Assembly (NCBI RefSeq): GCF_000025685.1
Contig: NC_013968.1
Location: forward strand, 1 to 32,000
Direction: 5' to 3'
DNA length: 32,000 nt
Origin: Haloferax volcanii DS2
GTDB lineage: Archaea > Halobacteriota > Halobacteria > Halobacteriales > Haloferacaceae
The translations under genes were made by a program, and so were the position numbers. Shown piece by piece: positions 1 to 7,720 of the stretch. The notes beneath the pieces are model-generated. The model did not search any database and was not told where the DNA came from. It was given only the letters and a program-made list of their open reading frames with translations. Within the stretch, counting starts at the first letter, position 1. The number at the start of each line of letters is the position of its first letter.

Positions 1-100
1 CCACACGACACATTCGACAATCTAGACCCACTCGACACGGTGGTCACAAGGTTTAATGTGGTTGACTATTATGCCTTAAACAGAGGTTGGCACAGAACCC

Positions 101-1327
101 ATGAAGCTTTTCAATACTGACACAGAGACACAGGTATTCCGCAACCGCGACTCGTTACAGGATGATTATGTTCCTGACGAGTTAGCGGGAGATACCCGAG
201 ACGACGAGATGCAACAGCTGGCAACTGCCTTACAACCAATCATCACCGGAGATCAGCCGGACAACGTACTCGTCCGTGGCCCGAACGGGTCTGGAAAGAC
301 CGCTGCTGTTCGAGTCGTGCTCAATATCTTGGACTATGAAATTGAGTCAATTGAGGGCGTGAACTTCTCCTACGTCATCGTCAACGGGTCCCAGCACAAT
401 ACGGGGTATCAGCTCACCCGCGACCTCGCAAATAAACTTCACCCTGATACCGACTTCCGACAGGGGCACTCATACTCCGCTCTGTTGAACGCAGTCGCTG
501 AGGGTATCAAGGACCTCGACGGAGCAGTCGTTGTCGCTATCGACGAACTGAGCGACATTGACGATGTTGACAAGCTGCTCTACCTCCTGACTCGCTCGTC
601 TTCGAATGATGCTTTGGCAGGGAAGCAGATGGGTGTCGTTGCGACGACGACCGATGCATCGTTTAAGAACGAACTGTCCCCGCACGTGAAGTCAACCATC
701 GGAAAGCGGACGGTGAAGTTCGACGCTTACACCTCGAACCAACTGCGTGAGGTGCTGAACCATCGTGTTGAAAAAGCGTTTGCTGAGGGGTCCGTCGACG
801 AATCGGCAATCAGTCTGTGCGCGGCACTTGCTACCCAACAAGGAGGTGACGCGCGGTTTGCGCTCGACCTGCTCAAATACGGTGGGGACATAGCAAACCG
901 GGGTGATGGGAGGGTGACAGAGACGGAGATCAACCAAGCAAATGATATGTGGGCGAGAGAGCACGTTGATAGCATCGTCTCTGATTTCTCTCTTAAAGAG
1001 AGACAAGTCCTGTGCGCGTATATGGAACTCCGCGAAGTCGCTGACGTCACCTCCCCACGGACTGCCCAGATTGTTCGACGATACCAGACGCTCGCAGGTC
1101 GTTCGAAATCGGCAGAAGTGGTAAGTGACCGAACAGTTGCTCGATACCTTCAGTCACTCGTTGACGAGGGTCTACTTCGCAGTACCCTTCATCAAGACAA
1201 AGAAGGGACGTGGAGAGAATATGAGCCGGCTTTTGATTCAATTCACTACTTAGACGCGCTTCGGTCTGACGTGGACCGGGATAAAATCGCACCGCATGAG
1301 GATTTGGTGTCTATGATTAAACAGTAA
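101..1327 (+). CDS. orc1: Orc1/Cdc6-family replication initiator (AAA+ ATPase with C-terminal winged-helix region)
   Basis: 408-aa ORF with Walker A 'GPNGSGKT' and Walker B-like 'VVVAIDELSD'. Length and layout are typical of archaeal Orc1/Cdc6, and the composition is acidic. Confidence 0.9.
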   Translation: MKLFNTDTETQVFRNRDSLQDDYVPDELAGDTRDDEMQQLATALQPIITGDQPDNVLVRGPNGSGKTAAVRVVLNILDYEIESIEGVNFSYVIVNGSQHNTGYQLTRDLANKLHPDTDFRQGHSYSALLNAVAEGIKDLDGAVVVAIDELSDIDDVDKLLYLLTRSSSNDALAGKQMGVVATTTDASFKNELSPHVKSTIGKRTVKFDAYTSNQLREVLNHRVEKAFAEGSVDESAISLCAALATQQGGDARFALDLLKYGGDIANRGDGRVTETEINQANDMWAREHVDSIVSDFSLKERQVLCAYMELREVADVTSPRTAQIVRRYQTLAGRSKSAEVVSDRTVARYLQSLVDEGLLRSTLHQDKEGTWREYEPAFDSIHYLDALRSDVDRDKIAPHEDLVSMIKQ

Positions 1328-1620
1328 ATCAGAAATAGGCCTAAGTGTGAATCAAATTTCAAATTAATCCTACATCACTTCAATTCTCGCGTCTTCGCTG
1401 TCCATCATCTGCAAATATTTTTACCTCTCACTTTCTTACGGTAGATTGGAGAGCAATCTCCAAGGGGGAGCGTTGGGTTCTGTGCCAAGATTCTCATCCG
1501 CTCCTCCTTTAAAACTGAAGGGCGCGGTCTTCTGTTCTGTTACAATATAAATAACACCACCGAGTAATAACGAAACGACGTTACTATTTTATATTTGGTG
1601 GGGTGAATTATGAGTAGACA
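1328..1620. promoter_or_regulatory. Putative replication-origin region: ORB-like palindrome with G-string, plus an A/T-rich stretch
   Basis: TTGGAGAGCAATCTCCAAGGGGG at 1446-1468 has arms TTGGAGA/TCTCCAA followed by a G5 run. GGGTTCTGTGCCAA at 1475-1488 is the exact reverse complement of 87-100, upstream of orc1. An A/T-rich tract lies at about 1540-1600. The region also carries the promoter of the 1621 gene. Confidence 0.35.
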
Positions 1621-2058
1621 ATGACAGCAGATGAAAAAGCGAGCGATGAACTTGGTGAAGCCGGGCGTGGATACATTACGCCAACTGAGGAGTCGGTTCT
1701 CGTCGACGGCGTCACTAGGTCCGGCGAGGAGGCGGAACGTGACTACGTTCGAGTCGTTGAATCGCGTATCCGAAGTCGGCTGGAACGCCGCTTAGAATCC
1801 GACCTCGACATACTCGCGAGCAATATGCCCGATGAGTATGACGAGTTTGTAGAGACTGTTCGTGAACACTCGCTGGAGACTGGCCGCGAGTGGCGTGGTG
1901 GATTGAAACCCCTGAACGACGAGATGGTTCGACAGGCTGTCACCGCTCGTGCTGCGTCTGAGAGTGGTGTTGATGCTGATGAGGTGGATGCGGTCCTCGA
2001 TGCGGTCATTGAGACGCTTGCACAGTTCAACGCGAAAGATGGCGATGGATCTGAGTAA
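1621..2058 (+). CDS. Hypothetical acidic protein (145 aa)
   Basis: The ORF has haloarchaeal acidic composition. It starts ATGACAGCAGAT behind a divergent version of the conserved promoter/start cassette (TATTTTATA..GTGGGG..GAGTAGACA-ATG). Confidence 0.6.
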   Translation: MTADEKASDELGEAGRGYITPTEESVLVDGVTRSGEEAERDYVRVVESRIRSRLERRLESDLDILASNMPDEYDEFVETVREHSLETGREWRGGLKPLNDEMVRQAVTARAASESGVDADEVDAVLDAVIETLAQFNAKDGDGSE

Positions 2059-2343
2059 TAGGGATACCCGCTGAGATTACGACTGTTTTCACCGATAAGA
2101 CTGCCCGAGGAGTTTTTTGCTGCTCTGTTGAATAGTTGTGTCTTCGTAGGGCAAATCATCTGTTGAATAGCCGAGGCGAGTGATCGTCGGCTTGGATTAG
2201 TTTCATTCCTGCTCAAGAGCGCTATTCAACACAGCACTTTGAGCAGGTTTGAGAGTAGCATAGATCACTAACTTTTCGTCCTGCTCGTGCCTTATCTAGA
2301 CAGTGCCATTAACTCTATAATGTCCCAATCATAAACATGTAAT

Positions 2344-3240
2344 GTGGCACGAAAGAACGAAAAAGTGACACGAAGGAAAGCCCTCCAAATGATTGGCGCT
2401 GCTGGTTTCACATCTGGTATAGTTGGCACCGCTAGTGCCGAAGAACCTACAGTTGGGCTCCCAACTGGTAAAACAGTCCCTGAATCAAACGTAAAGCTGA
2501 CAAACCAAAATAAAAGAGGAACAGGAAAGGCCAAACAACGCCCACCAAAACGCCCTCCTCGACCTAAAAGAACCTCTTCGATTCCTGATTCACCAACTAA
2601 GCAGGCTCAAGATCGAACAAAGCCGGATACAAATACGAATCAGTGGCTCGCATATGTAGGTGATACATATTTCAATGGCACATATGGGAGTATGTACGCC
2701 GATTGGACTGTTCCTTCAAAACCAGATAAATACGGTGATGTACTTGATCCAACTATGTATTATTTCTCTTCTTTGATTAATTGCCTTGGAATTTGTGACA
2801 AACGAATTATTATACAGCCGGTATTGCAATTTAATCGATTTACTCAAGGAGAATGGGAAATTGCTGCTTGGTGGGTAGAAGATAACAATACTGGTGAGCA
2901 CAGCACCCCAATTACCGTTGATGTTGGAGACGAGCTATCTGGAGCAATTGTAAAACAAGACAACGGCGAGTGGTATATTGATATAATCAATAAGACTACT
3001 GGTGAGTATACCTATCTCTATTCGCCAAATTATGATGATAGGACATTCGACAAGGCTACGCTTACTTTGGAAGCGAATAATTACACACAAGACCAAGATT
3101 GTGCCAAGTTGCCTGGACAAACCACATTCTCATCTGTAGATCTTTACGATCTGAATGATGACTCCCAATCTCCAGAATGGGACAAAACGAAGTATCAGTA
3201 CCTCACAAAGCATCCTCGCCTAGCTGTCTCTGAAGCCTGA
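2344..3240 (+). CDS. Tat-signal secreted protein, glutamic-peptidase (G1/eqolisin)-like. The last 14 codons and the stop are supplied by the inserted IS.
   Basis: GTG start. Twin-arginine signal 'TRRKALQMIGAAGFTSGIVGTASA'. The mature part shows 'NQWLAYVG..ADWTVPS', 'IIQPVLQF', 'WEIAAWWVED', 'VGDELSGAIV' and 'ATLTLEANN', a pattern resembling G1 peptidases. The coding frame crosses the IS boundary at 3195/3196. GC content is low relative to the flanks. Confidence 0.7.
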   Translation: MARKNEKVTRRKALQMIGAAGFTSGIVGTASAEEPTVGLPTGKTVPESNVKLTNQNKRGTGKAKQRPPKRPPRPKRTSSIPDSPTKQAQDRTKPDTNTNQWLAYVGDTYFNGTYGSMYADWTVPSKPDKYGDVLDPTMYYFSSLINCLGICDKRIIIQPVLQFNRFTQGEWEIAAWWVEDNNTGEHSTPITVDVGDELSGAIVKQDNGEWYIDIINKTTGEYTYLYSPNYDDRTFDKATLTLEANNYTQDQDCAKLPGQTTFSSVDLYDLNDDSQSPEWDKTKYQYLTKHPRLAVSEA

Positions 3241-4596
3241 ATTCTGTGGCCGAGCGGTTGCATTGGCGGTTTCGACGAGAGAATCATGGACGGATCGGCG
3301 GAGAGCCGTCGCTGTCGGCGGCGGCTGCCGCCGACGCGACAGCGTCGCCACTCCCACCGTTGGCTAGCCCGGTCGGGAGTTACCGGTGGAACCGGTCGTC
3401 CGGTGGCCGGTTCGCGGGGACGGCCCGACGCGTCGCGAGGGCCGTCCACGCTGCCCGTCGGATCATGTTGATGAACTCCTTGAATGGCCACTGCCAGAGG
3501 CGACGCCCGCCTCGGCGGGGCGTCGCCACGTACTCCCAGTGCAGATACCGCCACACGTTCTGTAACAGCAAGCTCACCACGACGTACAGCAGCCGTACAA
3601 CCGGATTTTGTGTCGAGGTCGTCGCGATACTTTGTTCAGAGAGTCGATAGCTTGCCTCGATACCGAAGCGTTTCGCGTAGTGGTATCGAGCGTCTCGTGG
3701 TGAGTCGATGAACGGCGCGTCAGCGGCGTAGCCGTGACGCGCCACGCCATGTTCGTCGTACCGTCCGTTCTGGTAGGTACAGTCGATGTAGACGGGAAAC
3801 TCGACGGTCCAGCTGTGACCGTCGAGTCTCGCCGTCAGACTGTGCTGAATCACGCGACTCCACCCTTCCGAGAGTTCTCGCTTGATCGTCCGTCCCCAGC
3901 GGACGATCGGCATGACGTACGCGTGGTTGTGCGCCTGAAGCAGCGTCAAACACTTGCTGTCGTAGAATTCGCGGTCAAGATAGACGGCCTTGACACCGAG
4001 GTCAAGGCCGTCGAGAATACCGAGGAACTCTGCGAGGACACTGCTGGCGGTGTCGCCGTCTTCGAGACGGCGCACCGCCAGCGTGTAGCGTTTGTTCTTC
4101 ACGCGTGCGTACAGCGTCGCGTACGCGTGGAACGCGGTGGTTCCACGCTTCGCTTGTGAGTGATACAGGCCGTCCGTGTCGTCTTCGTCACCATAGTAGG
4201 GCCGCAGGTGGAGGTCTGCGCAGACCTCCACCTGCTGGGGAAGGACGTCGAGAACGTCTTTCTGGAGGAGCATGTTGCCAACCTGTTCGAGCGTTTCTAG
4301 ATCGAATTTAGTGCGGAGATGGTAGAGAACGGAGTTTTCGTGGGGTGCATCTTCGCTTCTCTCACAGAGCGTTGAGACCGAGGTCCCGTCGGCGCAGGCG
4401 CCGACGAGGACCTCGTAGATGTCTTCAGCATCGAGTTCAGCGTTTTCAGCGAGTGAGAGAGCAACTTCCTCGTCAAGAGAGTTGACGAGGAAGTTAAGGA
4501 GCTGGTCCTCGTGGATTTCATCGTCTGCTTGCTGTGGTTGCTTGGACACATCTTCAGCAAGCAGACGTCTCAACTAACAGGCTTTGTGATGTACTG
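3196..4596 (-). mobile_element. ISH3-family-like insertion sequence, copy 1 (1401 bp)
   Basis: Terminal inverted repeats CAGTAC(A/C)TCACAAAGC match at 15 of 16 positions, at 3196-3211 and 4581-4596. There is a single transposase ORF. The transposase protein is identical to that of copy 2 at 15144-16544. The flanking pentamers are AGTAT (3191-3195) and AGAAT (4597-4601). Confidence 0.95.
3380..4573 (-). CDS. DDE transposase (ISH3-family-like, 397 aa)
   Basis: Full-length ORF inside the IS. It occurs three times in the window: two copies are identical and the third is about 96% identical at the protein level. Confidence 0.9.
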   Translation of the reverse strand: MRRLLAEDVSKQPQQADDEIHEDQLLNFLVNSLDEEVALSLAENAELDAEDIYEVLVGACADGTSVSTLCERSEDAPHENSVLYHLRTKFDLETLEQVGNMLLQKDVLDVLPQQVEVCADLHLRPYYGDEDDTDGLYHSQAKRGTTAFHAYATLYARVKNKRYTLAVRRLEDGDTASSVLAEFLGILDGLDLGVKAVYLDREFYDSKCLTLLQAHNHAYVMPIVRWGRTIKRELSEGWSRVIQHSLTARLDGHSWTVEFPVYIDCTYQNGRYDEHGVARHGYAADAPFIDSPRDARYHYAKRFGIEASYRLSEQSIATTSTQNPVVRLLYVVVSLLLQNVWRYLHWEYVATPRRGGRRLWQWPFKEFINMIRRAAWTALATRRAVPANRPPDDRFHR

Positions 4597-4601
4597 AGAA
4601 T

Positions 4602-5341
4602 ACGAGAACGGCCCAGACCGTACACGCGAACTCGGGAGCGTGTTCGAGATGTTCGTCGTGGCGGGCGACCTTCGCGACGACACCTCGGATGACCGCGACG
4701 ACGACGAGCAGACCATCATCGAAGAACTGCGCGAGGACGTCGCGGAGACAGCAGAGTCGAACGACGACGGGGTCGTCTCAGGCGACTCGACGCTCAGTGC
4801 GGAACGCGCCCGCATGGTGCGTGAAGCAGAGCAGACGCGCGAACAGATCCTCGGACTCGACGACGCCATCAGCGCGGTCTACGGCCCCGGTGACTCAAAC
4901 ACGTACACCGCCGTCGTCGACGAGGACAGCACGTTCTCACCGACCGTCGACCGCGTCGTCCACGCGCTCGTTGACGACGGATTTTACCACCTCAATACGC
5001 GCCCGTTCGAGGAAGACAACACGGTCGACATTACCGTTGAGGACGTTCCCGAGGACGCATCCCGTGGTGACGAGTTCGCCGACGGCGCTGTGACGGCGAA
5101 CGCTCGCGGGTGCGACGTCACGACGCGCGACGACCAGGAGGCGAGCGACGACGTGCACCGCTACGTCCGCTACGAAGACCACCGAGGAGAGTGGCATACC
5201 GTCGGCTTCCCATCTGCTACTGACGCTCTCAAATGGGCCGATGAGTGGCCCTACGACGTGGAATACCACAGCGACGAACACCGCCACAACGGGCCGGTCC
5301 ATCGTCCCGAGGACGTGACAGCGACCGACTCGAACACCTAA
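4602..5341 (+). pseudogene. 3' portion (246 codons) of a gene split by IS insertion and then separated by inversion. The 5' portion is at 16875..16545 (-).
   Basis: The reading frame stays open from the IS boundary at 4597 through the annotated ORF 4640..5341. Joining it to 16875..16545 across one copy of the AGAAT duplication gives an uninterrupted 356-codon ORF. Confidence 0.7.
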
Positions 5342-5496
5342 ACGAAACCGGGCTTGTCCGCGGTGAGGACGCCCCCGGCTCACCAACTGCGATGAATCCA
5401 GTTTCGAGGCTTTTCCCGAGAAGATCAGACAGGAGCGTGATGTCAGTCGCCGCAGTAGTCCAGTGTTCAGCGTACCGACGCCCACATCGATGACGG

Positions 5497-5742
5497 TTAC
5501 AGCGTCTGTTCGATCCACTCGCACCACGAGTGGAAGTCCTTCGCGCCGCATTGGTCGGCGATAGACCTGAGAGTCCCAATCTTGAGTTCGTCGTGCTGCG
5601 GCACGTCGACGTTTCGGACTTCTCCCGTCTCAGGATGCTCGTATCGGAGCCGAACGTGGCTTCCATGGCGGGATTTCGGGACGTATCCGTACTTCGTGAG
5701 TGCTTTGGTGACCTCGCGGCCAGAGAACGTCCTCCGTACCAT
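5497..5742 (-). CDS. hicA: HicA-family toxin (mRNA interferase, 81 aa)
   Basis: 'SGREVTKALTKYGYVPKSRHGSHVRLRY..' matches the HicA/YcfA pattern. It lies immediately downstream of a HicB-like gene. Confidence 0.8.
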   Translation of the reverse strand: MVRRTFSGREVTKALTKYGYVPKSRHGSHVRLRYEHPETGEVRNVDVPQHDELKIGTLRSIADQCGAKDFHSWCEWIEQTL

Positions 5743-6006
5743 CTACTGCATAAAGTCGGGCAGTTCGCGGTTCTCGAACTCGTCGGGGTCGAGGCCGAGT
5801 TCTTCGAGGTCATCGTCGGTGATGGGCTCACCACCACCCTCGTGGAGAACGAGAACCTCCGCAAGCTGCGAAAGTGCTTCTGCTCGGGTGTCGCCACCAC
5901 GTGCGAGACCAGTCTCGGTATCGCGGGCGGTGATACTCCCGTCGTCTTCGCGGATGAACTCGACCCCCTCAAAGTCGTCGTCACCGTTGCGAGTCGCACT
6001 TGCCAT
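5743..6006 (-). CDS. hicB: HicB-like antitoxin (87 aa)
   Basis: Small acidic protein directly abutting hicA: its stop codon at 5743-5745 adjoins the hicA ATG at 5742. The N-terminal 'FEGVEFIREDDGSITARDTETGLARGGDTRAEAL' fits a HicB/UPF0150-type fold pattern. Confidence 0.65.
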   Translation of the reverse strand: MASATRNGDDDFEGVEFIREDDGSITARDTETGLARGGDTRAEALSQLAEVLVLHEGGGEPITDDDLEELGLDPDEFENRELPDFMQ

Positions 6007-6137
6007 ACTAAACTCGAATCGGTCTCAGAGGATAAGCGTTCGGACGGTGAAGAACCGTGCAGACACCTTCTCAATTCCGCCCACACGGTTACCTTCGAAT
6101 GTAGCTCTTCAAAACCGAAAAAGGGCGATGGATGTCG

Positions 6138-6419
6138 TTACTCGCGGTGGAGGATGATGGTCTTGCGGTCGGTCTGGACGGTCGCGACCTTCCAGTCAGT
6201 CTGCTCAACAGCACCAAACACCGCGTCGATGAGTCTCTGATGGTTCATCGACGGAACCGCACCGTACTCGAAGAACGCTTCATCTGCGTTGTGGAATCCG
6301 AGGAACTCATGGACGGACTTGGAGAGCGAACGTTCGACAGAGTCGACGAGATCAGCTCGAGGGTCGACGGTATTCTGGAGTGCGGTGCCTGCGTCGGAAC
6401 GGCTGTTATCTGCTGCCAT
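6138..6419 (-). CDS. Hypothetical small acidic protein (93 aa), cassette-driven
   Basis: Starts MAADNS at the conserved GTGATGGCAGCAG start cassette. Confidence 0.65.
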   Translation of the reverse strand: MAADNSRSDAGTALQNTVDPRADLVDSVERSLSKSVHEFLGFHNADEAFFEYGAVPSMNHQRLIDAVFGAVEQTDWKVATVQTDRKTIILHRE

Positions 6420-6520
6420 CACGTCTATTACTTAGGCTGCCGTAATATAAAACCAACGCCATTTCGTTAAAACTGCATGGCGTAACTATTATTATGTTGG
6501 GAGTGTATGTAGTAGATGTG
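6420..6520. promoter_or_regulatory. Bidirectional promoter region carrying two copies of the conserved promoter/start cassette
   Basis: A 101-bp spacer lies between divergent ATGs at 6419 (-) and 6521 (+). Each ATG is preceded by ..GTG. The spacer carries A/T-rich TATA-like boxes (GCGTAACTATTATTA; TTTTATATTA) and TTACGCCAT-type half-palindromes. Confidence 0.6.
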
Positions 6521-6970
6521 ATGGCAGCAGAAGCCGACAAGTCAGGTAAGACTATTTCAAACCGAGCCAACGCACCGTTCAACCCTGCTGACGACGCCGC
6601 GGAGATGTTTGTTATCCCTGAGTCATGGGCGGAACACGGCTCGCATCCCGACCTGCATACCGACCTCGGTGAGTCGCGGTTCTTCGCAACGCGCGTCGTT
6701 TCCCACCCGGACCACGACGAGATTTTGGTGCGCTATTACTCGGCTGCGAAGCGGTCAACGGTAACACGCGGCTACGAGGCTGTGGAAGTTGATGGGTCGC
6801 TTGTTCCGAAGGTCGTCGTCGAGAAGGGGCCTAAGTGGTTCCGAGCGTCGATTAGTCACAGTCACCGCCGTGCGCACGACCTAGACTCTCGTGTCGATAC
6901 GAACATCGTCGCAGACAGATACGGTGACGCCGCGGTCCACGGTGTGTTTAGGACCGAGGATGTTCTCTAA
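6521..6970 (+). CDS. Hypothetical protein (149 aa), cassette-driven
   Basis: Starts MAAEAD directly after TGTAGTAGATGTG. The longer tracked ORF (6494) merely reads through the cassette. Confidence 0.65.
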   Translation: MAAEADKSGKTISNRANAPFNPADDAAEMFVIPESWAEHGSHPDLHTDLGESRFFATRVVSHPDHDEILVRYYSAAKRSTVTRGYEAVEVDGSLVPKVVVEKGPKWFRASISHSHRRAHDLDSRVDTNIVADRYGDAAVHGVFRTEDVL

Positions 6971-7090
6971 CTGACGACACGGGCCGATCTTTCTTTCGAC
7001 ACACCTCAGTAGATACTCACCAGTACAGCCCACTACGGGCTGAATTTGTACATATACGTTTTCATATATGCTAACGAACCAATTCGACAA

Positions 7091-7141
7091 TTACGCTATG
7101 CAGTAACTAATAAGCGGATAGGGGTTCATGTTGTAGTTGTG
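7091..7141 (+). promoter_or_regulatory. Conserved promoter/start cassette
   Basis: TTACGCTATGCAGTAA palindrome, then CTAATAAG, TAGGGG and CATGTTGTAGTTGTG, immediately before ATGGCAGTAGAC. Confidence 0.55.
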
Positions 7142-7501
7142 ATGGCAGTAGACGATTGCGGTGCGACCGACGCACAGGACGAAACTGAACTGGAGACACC
7201 AATCAAAGTCTCGTGGACTGGTAAGGCCCGCTCGAAGGCGTGGGGGCATTTTGTCGACTTTGACGCCGAACCCTACACGCTCGCAGCGCGGACGCTGGAA
7301 CGACAGAAAACGAACGTCGTGGTCAACACCGTTGAGGAGGCCGAGGCTTTAGTCGGCGCACTCGACCGCTACGTCGGCGGCGGCACAACTGGTCAGACGT
7401 GGATGAACAAAGCGATGGACAAAGCGTTCCAGCGCGTGCAGGCCGAAGTCCGCGACGCACTCTCCGAAGCCGAGACGCATCCCCGCGGTGATGACAAATG
7501 A
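7142..7501 (+). CDS. Hypothetical acidic protein (119 aa), cassette-driven
   Basis: Starts MAVDD at the cassette ATG. Its stop overlaps the next ATG in an ATGA junction. Confidence 0.65.
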   Translation: MAVDDCGATDAQDETELETPIKVSWTGKARSKAWGHFVDFDAEPYTLAARTLERQKTNVVVNTVEEAEALVGALDRYVGGGTTGQTWMNKAMDKAFQRVQAEVRDALSEAETHPRGDDK

Positions 7502-7623
7502 CGCCGATAGCCCCCAGCAAACGTGGCGGGCCTTGTACGCCCGATGAGCGCGTCTGTGCCCGCTGTACCGAGATTCACTCGCGGGACGATCTCTACTGTT
7601 CGAGGTGCGCTGACGTCCGCTAA
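7498..7623 (+). CDS. Small zinc-ribbon protein (41 aa): MTPIAPSKRGGPCTPDERVCARCTEIHSRDDLYCSRCADVR
   Basis: Hand-translated ORF, below the 60-aa cutoff of the ORF track. It has paired CxxC motifs (CARC and CSRC). Its ATG overlaps the upstream stop (ATGA at 7498-7501), which suggests translational coupling. Confidence 0.5.
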   Translation: MTPIAPSKRGGPCTPDERVCARCTEIHSRDDLYCSRCADVR

Positions 7624-7669
7624 TACTCTCGAATCGAACCGTCTCGACACAATCGAATTTTTTAGATCA

Positions 7670-7720
7670 TTACGCCATCGCGTAATTACTAAGTGGCTGG
7701 CGGTGTATGTTGTAGGTGTG
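7670..7720 (+). promoter_or_regulatory. Conserved promoter/start cassette
   Basis: TTACGCCATCGCGTAA palindrome (7670-7685), then TTACTAAG and GTGTATGTTGTAGGTG, immediately before ATGGCAGAGACG. Confidence 0.55.

Noticed and set aside
3246-4311. Multiple 60-141-aa ORFs inside the IS copies on the strand opposite the transposase (repeated at 15429-16494 and 30825-31845)
   Set aside because: They are identical only because the IS is repeated. All overlap the transposase ORF and are Arg-rich. I cannot exclude a small IS-encoded antisense product, but nothing supports one.
5229-6086. 285-aa ORF on the minus strand spanning the hicAB region
   Set aside because: It is out of frame with, and overlaps, two well-supported small genes. 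Its R/S/T/P-rich composition is typical of spurious frames in high-GC DNA.
6494-7720. Longer N-terminal extensions given by the ORF track for cassette genes (starts at 6494, 7046, 7523, 17076, 18052)
   Set aside because: The extensions read through the conserved promoter cassette and give near-identical 'VVDVM/VVGVM' peptides from non-coding conserved DNA. The conserved ATGGCAG is the consistent start.
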